A stretch of DNA of 64,000 bases from an uncultured Candidatus Saccharibacteria bacterium. GTDB lineage: Bacteria > Patescibacteriota > Minisyncoccia > UBA6257 > 2-01-FULL-56-20. The notes beneath the pieces are model-generated. The model did not search any database, was not told where the DNA came from, and saw nothing but the letters and a program-made list of their open reading frames with translations. How positions within the stretch are numbered: position 1 is the stretch's first letter; each line of letters starts with the position of its first letter. This document shows positions 57,869 to 64,000 of this stretch, piece by piece. The stretch is taken from the NCBI GenBank assembly GCA_964361095.1, contig CAYHZA010000002.1:49594-113593 (forward strand), given 5' to 3'. Both the position numbers and the translations under genes were made by a program.

Positions 57869-60800
57869 ATGAGTAAATTCAGTACGAAATTTTTGGTAGG
57901 AACACTCGCTGTGATTACGATCATGGGAGTGTTTCCTTACGCTCCGGCCGCTCAAGCGCAGTCAACGTCTGATCTTCAGGCGCAGATTGCCGCTCTCCTT
58001 GCTCAAATCACCGCATTGCAAGCGCAATTGAACATGAATACGACTACGCCAAACACTTCCTTTACCCGCAACCTCACTGTGGGCAGTAAGGGAGCTGACG
58101 TAACCGCTCTCCAGCAGATTTTGATCAATGGTGGCTACTTGAAAATTACGACGGCAACTGCCTACTTTGGTTCTTTGACCAAAGCGGCTTTGGCCGCGTG
58201 GCAGAGCGCGAATGGAATCTCTCCGGCGGTTGGCTACTTCGGCCCTATAAGCCGAGCGGCTATCGGAGGATCAGTAGTAGTTACTCCGGGTACGCCTCCG
58301 GGTCCTCCAGTTGTTGTTCCTGGTTCCGGCTTGAGAGTTAGTCTTTCAAGCAGTAACCCCGCGACCGGCTCTTTGATCTCATCGACCGGTTCAGCGGCGG
58401 CGCGAGTTCCAGTTTTATCCGTGAATCTCACGGCCGGCAGTGCCGGTGGAGTAACGGTAAACGATTTGAAGTTCACGAAAGCAGGCGTTTTGTCTGACAC
58501 CTCGATCTCTTCCGCGTATCTCGTGGAGAGCGGCAAGGTGATTGGGCAGTACAGTTCGCTCTCGGGAGGTGTCATCACTTTTACGGGAATGAACTTGAGC
58601 GTAAACGCCGGTCAGACGAGAACGGTAACCCTGGCTATTGATCCGGCAACGGGTCTTTTGGCAGGAAACACCGTCTCCTTCACGATTGCGAATGCCGCCG
58701 ACGTAGTTGCGGTTGATAATACAAACGCGACCGCGGCTATTTCCGGCATCTTCCCCGTGAGCGGGAACATCTTCACGGTTACCACGGTTTCAAACCCGAG
58801 TATCGCCTCTTTGACGATTTCTTCGTCTTCGGTCGGTACTTCTATCTACGCGGGAACCCAGAATGTCTTGGTTTCGCAGTGGACGTTAACCGGCGCAAGT
58901 AGTCCCGTGAACCTTAGCTCTCTTAACTTTAAGGTAGTTGGTTCCGCGAATAAGAATGACATTAAGAATGTCAAACTCTTCATTAACGGAACGCAGGTTG
59001 GCCCGACGTTGGCGCAGGTTGCTGGCGACGGAAGCGCCTACTTTGACCTCACGTCAAGTCCGGCGAAGATCAATACAGGAAGCGGCAACATGCAGGTCTA
59101 CGCGGATGTCACGGGTTCTCCGAGCTTTAACTTTCAGTTTGAGCTCTTGAATACCTATGACGTCTACGCGATCGACACGCAATACAATGTTCCGGTTTCT
59201 ATAACGATCACGGGCGGTTCCGGCGTGCAGATCACGATTCTCCAAGGAGCTCTTACGGTCTCCCTCGCGAGCGATACTCCGACGAGTAACGTCGCAAAGG
59301 GCGGATCAGGATCCGCTTTGGCGAAATTCACGATCTACGCGGCGGGCGAGCCGGTAAAAGTGAAGTTCTTAACCTTCCGGTTGGATTTCACGGGTACCAC
59401 AACCACGCTTTCAAGCATGGTCAAGAATATGGTCATGGTTGATGACGCGGGTAATCAGGTTGGTACTACGATTAACACGCCTCCTACATCCAATAGTTGC
59501 GATGTAAGCGGCACGGGAACAACGGCCGGATATAATACCGCTGGTACACAGTACACGGATTGTTTCGGCACGAGCTCCTCGAACATCAACTACATTATTC
59601 CGGCGAACACGACTCGAGTTTTGACCCTTCGGTCAGACATTCAGTCGACAGCCGGTTTCTCAACCATCACCGCGAATTTGCTTGCGAGCACCAGCAACTT
59701 GCAGGGTCAAACCTCAAGTCAGTTGGCTTCAAGCGGTTCGGTGACCGGCGCGGCGCTTACCCTCGCGGGGAGCTCCTTAACGGCTTCATTGAACAGCGGC
59801 GTTGGTGCGCAGACGGTTTCGAAGGGCGCGACGAATGTAAGAATCGGATCGTACTCGCTTACCGCTTCTACGGCGGAAGGCGTGAACTTAAACACGATTA
59901 CGATTTTGACCTCGGCAAGCTCATCGAACTTCCAGAACCTCAAACTTAAGGATGGTACTACCCAGATCGGTATTACACAGCCCACGCTTTCTAATAGCGC
60001 GAGCTATACCTTCTCGGGTAACATCAATGTTGCGGCGGGTCAGACAAAGATCATAGATATGTACGCCGATGTGCTCTCGGGCACGGTTGCGGCGACATAT
60101 ACCGCGGTAACGAGCATCAGCTCCTGCTCCGGTTCCGGTTCAATGACCTTTACCTCGGTAACCTGCGGCGCAGTAACCGGCCAAAGCTTGGTGGTTGCCG
60201 GTCAGGCGACTATCGCCGTAACGGCGGACAACTCGCTTGCTCCGGTTGGCACGCAGATCGTGATGGGTGGAACGGGCATCTCGTTGGCGGCTTTCCGCTT
60301 TACGGAAAACACCAACATTGAAGATGTGAAGGTCACCGACCTTAATATCTTCGATCAAGTTGCCTCAACAACTACATCAAAGTCCGGGTTTACGAACTTA
60401 GGGATTTGGAATGGCAGCACGCTTCTTGCGACGACTGGCGCCGCGAGCACATCTGCTTCAAGCTCCAATCCTGGTTCTGGTTACTTCTACCAGTTCCACT
60501 TCGCTAGCCCACTTATCGTTCCGAAGGCCGGCTCGATTTCATTGGTCTTGAAGGGCGACGTGTCTTCGTACACCTCAAGCGGTGCGACGGATAACACGAC
60601 GCATGTCTTTAAGATCTCGACCTCGACCGACAGCGTGAACGATACGGTAGCCGAAACGGTTGTGGCGCTCGGCTCAACCTCAAACGCGACTTCAGCGGTT
60701 ACGCTTTCTTCTGCGACCGGCAATACTATGACGGTATTGAGGACTCGCGCGAGAGTGACGGCTGCTGCAATTGGTTTGACATCGGCGCGCTCAAAAGGAA

Positions 60801-61282
60801 CGAATGACGATATTGGAACCTTAACCTTCGCGGCTGATTCGGCCGGGGCGGTTTCGTTAAACACTATCGTTATCACCTTCAGCGGCACAGCTCCTTCGTC
60901 CTCGAGTTTCTTGGCCAATGTTGATCTCTTGGATCAAAACGGCAACTCGGTGATGAATACATCTGGTGTCGCGAGTAGCACGTCCGCCGCGTGTAGTGGC
61001 GCGAATACTTGTACGAAGACGTACAACTTCGGCAACACGACAGCCGGTTGGACGATATCCGGAGGCAGTTCATACACCTTTAAGATTAGGGTGAATAACA
61101 GCCTTACGGGTACCTTTGCCGCTGGGACTGGTGTGTCTGCTGGTCTCTCCGCGACGATTAATGCTGCTACCGATGTACGGTATACCGACGGTCTCGATTC
61201 GTCAGCGACGTCTAATGTGTCGTTGCCGTCGAACGAGATACCGATTAATGTCAATTCGGTATCCTACGTATCCGGTACATAG
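57869..61282 (+). CDS. large secreted surface protein with a peptidoglycan-binding domain and long Ser/Thr-rich repeat region
   Basis: N-terminal signal/TM, coiled coil 'LQAQIAALLAQITALQAQL', PG_binding_1-like 'LTVGSKGADVTALQQILINGGYL...LTKAALAAWQSANGI', then about 1000 aa of low-complexity S/T/G/A-rich repeats. Confidence 0.6.
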   Translation: MSKFSTKFLVGTLAVITIMGVFPYAPAAQAQSTSDLQAQIAALLAQITALQAQLNMNTTTPNTSFTRNLTVGSKGADVTALQQILINGGYLKITTATAYFGSLTKAALAAWQSANGISPAVGYFGPISRAAIGGSVVVTPGTPPGPPVVVPGSGLRVSLSSSNPATGSLISSTGSAAARVPVLSVNLTAGSAGGVTVNDLKFTKAGVLSDTSISSAYLVESGKVIGQYSSLSGGVITFTGMNLSVNAGQTRTVTLAIDPATGLLAGNTVSFTIANAADVVAVDNTNATAAISGIFPVSGNIFTVTTVSNPSIASLTISSSSVGTSIYAGTQNVLVSQWTLTGASSPVNLSSLNFKVVGSANKNDIKNVKLFINGTQVGPTLAQVAGDGSAYFDLTSSPAKINTGSGNMQVYADVTGSPSFNFQFELLNTYDVYAIDTQYNVPVSITITGGSGVQITILQGALTVSLASDTPTSNVAKGGSGSALAKFTIYAAGEPVKVKFLTFRLDFTGTTTTLSSMVKNMVMVDDAGNQVGTTINTPPTSNSCDVSGTGTTAGYNTAGTQYTDCFGTSSSNINYIIPANTTRVLTLRSDIQSTAGFSTITANLLASTSNLQGQTSSQLASSGSVTGAALTLAGSSLTASLNSGVGAQTVSKGATNVRIGSYSLTASTAEGVNLNTITILTSASSSNFQNLKLKDGTTQIGITQPTLSNSASYTFSGNINVAAGQTKIIDMYADVLSGTVAATYTAVTSISSCSGSGSMTFTSVTCGAVTGQSLVVAGQATIAVTADNSLAPVGTQIVMGGTGISLAAFRFTENTNIEDVKVTDLNIFDQVASTTTSKSGFTNLGIWNGSTLLATTGAASTSASSSNPGSGYFYQFHFASPLIVPKAGSISLVLKGDVSSYTSSGATDNTTHVFKISTSTDSVNDTVAETVVALGSTSNATSAVTLSSATGNTMTVLRTRARVTAAAIGLTSARSKGTNDDIGTLTFAADSAGAVSLNTIVITFSGTAPSSSSFLANVDLLDQNGNSVMNTSGVASSTSAACSGANTCTKTYNFGNTTAGWTISGGSSYTFKIRVNNSLTGTFAAGTGVSAGLSATINAATDVRYTDGLDSSATSNVSLPSNEIPINVNSVSYVSGT

Positions 61283-61334
61283 CATACGACTGGATGAAGA
61301 CGTGACGGGAGTTTATCCCGTAGCACGTTTAGAA

Positions 61335-61370
61335 ACACCCCCCGCCGAAGGCGGGGGGTGTTTTGTTTTT
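61335..61370 (+). terminator. rho-independent terminator
   Basis: acaccccccgcc-gaag-ggcggggggtgt followed by TTTTGTTTTT. Confidence 0.65.
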
Positions 61371-61409
61371 CTTGCCTTTCTAGAAAAGAATGCGTAAGAT
61401 TTTTTATAA

Positions 61410-63773
61410 ATGACTTCAAAGACGCTTCTTGCGCTTATTACGTTTTTACTTTTTGCCGCGATAATCGGCACGCCGCTTTTTTATCTTCGGACAAACGTAT
61501 ATCCCCAGGTTCTTCCTAAAACGGGGTATTTCCAGATCGTTGTTGAGATTATGTTCGCGCTCTGGCTGTATCTTGTATTGCTCGACAAGAAATATCGCCC
61601 CAAGCTTACGCCGCTTACCGTTTCTCTTTTTGTTTTTTTAGGCGTCCTTTTTTTAACGGCGCTTACGGGCGTCGATTTCTCGAAAAGCTTATGGTCGCTC
61701 CAAGGGCGGGCGATCGGGATCTTCGCATTCCTGCATTTCGGCGCGCTCTTTCTGGTCGTTGCCTCGCTGAAGCGGGAGCTCGCGTGGCAAAAGCTTTGGT
61801 ATGCCTCGCTTGCGACGAGCATCGTTGTGTGCGTTATCGGTTTTATCCAGCTTAAAATTCCCACCATTCTTTTTCCGACGGAGGGCAGTATCGGCGGCCG
61901 TCCCGGATCAACGTTCGGAAACCCGACCTTTATGGCGGGGTATCTGCTTTTTAACGCCTTTATCGCGGGATGGTTGATCGTGGAAGAGTGGCGCCGCGGT
62001 ATTCGCGGTGATCAAAAAACGAGGCGGCGTGCGGGGTCTCCGTCTTTTATCTTTCTTATCACCGCGTTCCTTGTTACCGCTCTTGGTCTTTTGGTTGCTC
62101 AAACAAGAGGTACGTTTGCCGGAGTCGGGCTTGGATTTTTGGGGCTCATGATCTATGGGAGTTTGAACGGCTGGAGAGAGAAAAAAATACAGCGGATTTC
62201 AGTCGCTTTGCTTATTATTCTTTTTATGTTTGGCGGATTTTTCTTCCTGACGAGAGGAAGCGGCATATGGGCTTCAGTCCCGCTTTTGAACAGGCTTCAA
62301 AATGTTTCGTTCTCATCTCCTGATTTTTTGCCGCGCCTGGTGGCGCTTAAGGCCGCGTGGAGCGGTTTTATCGAGCGGCCGGTTTTCGGGTGGGGATGGG
62401 AAAATTTTAATATTGTATTCAATAAATTTTACGATCCGAAGGTACTCACGATAAGTTACGGGGAAACTCGCTTTGATAAGCCGCACAACGTTGTTTTTGA
62501 ATACTTGGTGAGCGGCGGCATAACCCTTCTCCTCGCCTATCTCGCCCTTATTGCTTCCGCGATCTACGAAGTTTTTTTCGTAAGACGATGGGCGAAAGAA
62601 GAAAAAGATCGCGGCGCGGCGCCGTGGATTGTCGCGCTTATTATCGCCTACATCGTGCACGATTTTTTTGTGTTCGATACCCTGGGACCGCTTCTTATGT
62701 TTTTTCTTATCCTTGGATGGCTCGAGGGATCTTACGTGGATGCACGCCAAGCGGCGCGTACTACTCCGCGCGAAGAGAAAAAAAATACTTACGTGCGAGA
62801 ACAAGGAGTTTTAAAGCATGGCATAGGTTACGGATTGCTATGCGCCGCGCTTATTATGGCGTATATGGTGAACGTACGCGCGCTTTCCGCGGGATACTAC
62901 CAAGCGCTTGGATTTGTGACGACCGGTAAGAACCCATTGCAGGGGATTCATTTTTTTGAAAAAGCGGTCAGCATCAGAGAGCCGTATCAATGGAATATTG
63001 AGCGTGATTTCGCGACGGTAACTTCCGAAGCGTATTTTTATAATCCGGGAAAGATTTCCCGCGATGTGGCATTCCGTGGTTTGGCGCTTATGGAGAAAGT
63101 TGCCGCGGAGCACCCGCTCGATGCCTATAATCATTATGCGTTGGTTGATATGTATAACCAGGTTTTCAATCCGGACGACGAAACAATTCTTACTCTTCCC
63201 GCGGCGGAAAAAGAAAGAATTTTAAAAGAAGAATTTGCGCTTTTGGATAAAGCGGAAAAAGAAGCCGCGATTGCCCTTACGTTAAGCCCGAATCGCCAGG
63301 AGGTGTATTTTTCTCTCTCGAAGACGAAGACATTGCGCGGCGATTATGCCGGAGCCCTCAAGATTTTGGAAAAAACCATAGCGTTGAATCCCGAAGTTCC
63401 CGACGCGCATTTTTACTACGGCTTAGTTGCCTTCGCGAGCGACAAGCTGCAGCTGGGCTATGTTGAAGTTAAGAAGGCGATCGCGCTGGGTCGGAAATGG
63501 AAAAAATACCAGGAACCCCGGGTTGTCGCGGGTTATTTTGCCGACGCCGGGTACCTCGATGAAGCGATTGAGCTCTATAAAACCTCGCTTTCCATGGAGC
63601 CCGGAGAGCTGGAAACGAAAATTAAGCTTGGAGTTGCCTATTATTACGGTAACCAACGCGCCCTAGCGAAGCAGTATCTTACGGAAGTCGCCGCCGCCGT
63701 TGATCTCTCGCGTAGCATCGGATATGCGAGTATAAAGCCGATCCTTATGGATCTAGGAATTCCAGTAGAATGA
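61410..63773 (+). CDS. O-antigen ligase-like (Wzy_C) polytopic membrane protein fused to C-terminal TPR repeats
   Basis: About 12 TM helices, 'FGWGWENFNIVFNKFYDPKVLTISYGETRFDKPHNVVFEYLVSGGI' (O-antigen ligase/PglL-like loop), and a C-terminal 300 aa of TPR-like repeats. Confidence 0.7.
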   Translation: MTSKTLLALITFLLFAAIIGTPLFYLRTNVYPQVLPKTGYFQIVVEIMFALWLYLVLLDKKYRPKLTPLTVSLFVFLGVLFLTALTGVDFSKSLWSLQGRAIGIFAFLHFGALFLVVASLKRELAWQKLWYASLATSIVVCVIGFIQLKIPTILFPTEGSIGGRPGSTFGNPTFMAGYLLFNAFIAGWLIVEEWRRGIRGDQKTRRRAGSPSFIFLITAFLVTALGLLVAQTRGTFAGVGLGFLGLMIYGSLNGWREKKIQRISVALLIILFMFGGFFFLTRGSGIWASVPLLNRLQNVSFSSPDFLPRLVALKAAWSGFIERPVFGWGWENFNIVFNKFYDPKVLTISYGETRFDKPHNVVFEYLVSGGITLLLAYLALIASAIYEVFFVRRWAKEEKDRGAAPWIVALIIAYIVHDFFVFDTLGPLLMFFLILGWLEGSYVDARQAARTTPREEKKNTYVREQGVLKHGIGYGLLCAALIMAYMVNVRALSAGYYQALGFVTTGKNPLQGIHFFEKAVSIREPYQWNIERDFATVTSEAYFYNPGKISRDVAFRGLALMEKVAAEHPLDAYNHYALVDMYNQVFNPDDETILTLPAAEKERILKEEFALLDKAEKEAAIALTLSPNRQEVYFSLSKTKTLRGDYAGALKILEKTIALNPEVPDAHFYYGLVAFASDKLQLGYVEVKKAIALGRKWKKYQEPRVVAGYFADAGYLDEAIELYKTSLSMEPGELETKIKLGVAYYYGNQRALAKQYLTEVAAAVDLSRSIGYASIKPILMDLGIPVE

Positions 63774-63899
63774 TGGGTAATATTGAATTTGCGTGCCAAT
63801 ATGCTACAATAAACCATACATAAAGCGCAAAGGTCGAGAATATAACATACTTAAATACTTGTAACGTTGATTCCATTGGGAAGCGTTAAAATAAAAATA

Positions 63900-64000
63900 T
63901 GACAAAAGAAGGATTAATTGAGGCCGTTATGAAAGAGGCCAATATTGAGGTAAAGACTCATGCCAAGCAAGTCGTAGAGGCGGTCTTTGATTCTATCGTA
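63900..64000 (+). CDS. HU/IHF-family DNA-binding protein (5' partial; continues past the window end)
   Basis: 'MTKEGLIEAVMKEANIEVKTHAKQVVEAVFDSIV' is a typical HU N-terminal helix. Confidence 0.55.

Overview
This window reads as a roughly 50% GC chromosomal segment of a small-genome bacterium, probably a Patescibacteria/CPR-type organism. That guess rests on the gene content and on the tandem VirB2/TrbC-like pilin paralogs. Housekeeping genes are mostly collinear: nusA, a membrane H+-pyrophosphatase, clpP, tyrS, ftsH, an FAD oxidase, dcd-glyA-folD, rpsA(S1), gyrA, rpsO-NYN-pnp, recA, rodZ-like, ftsK, a cysteine desulfurase, htrA, clpB, a sugar nucleotidyltransferase and an O-antigen-ligase/TPR protein. 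I could support eight tRNA genes from sequence: Gly-TCC, Ile-TAT(?), His-GTG, Val-TAC, Arg-TCT, Pro-TGG, Phe-GAA and Leu-TAG. Nearly every tRNA is flanked by compositionally odd orphan genes or by degenerate partial copies of the tRNA 3' end. The most striking locus is downstream of tRNA-Phe (23.5-26.0 kb). Two integrase-less cassettes of about 1.2 kb sit in tandem. Each begins with a 329-bp segment that appears identical in both copies and ends with a 35-bp mimic of the tRNA-Phe 3' end. One cassette carries a HicB-HicA toxin-antitoxin pair, the other a DUF5678-like protein plus a retropepsin-like aspartic protease. Other notable features are a four-gene array of pilin-like paralogs after a solute-binding protein (30.6-34.2 kb), a tyrosine recombinase abutting tRNA-Leu, and a free-standing LAGLIDADG endonuclease beside a dense palindrome cluster. 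I also found several candidate structured non-coding regions. No rRNA, CRISPR array or transposase was seen.
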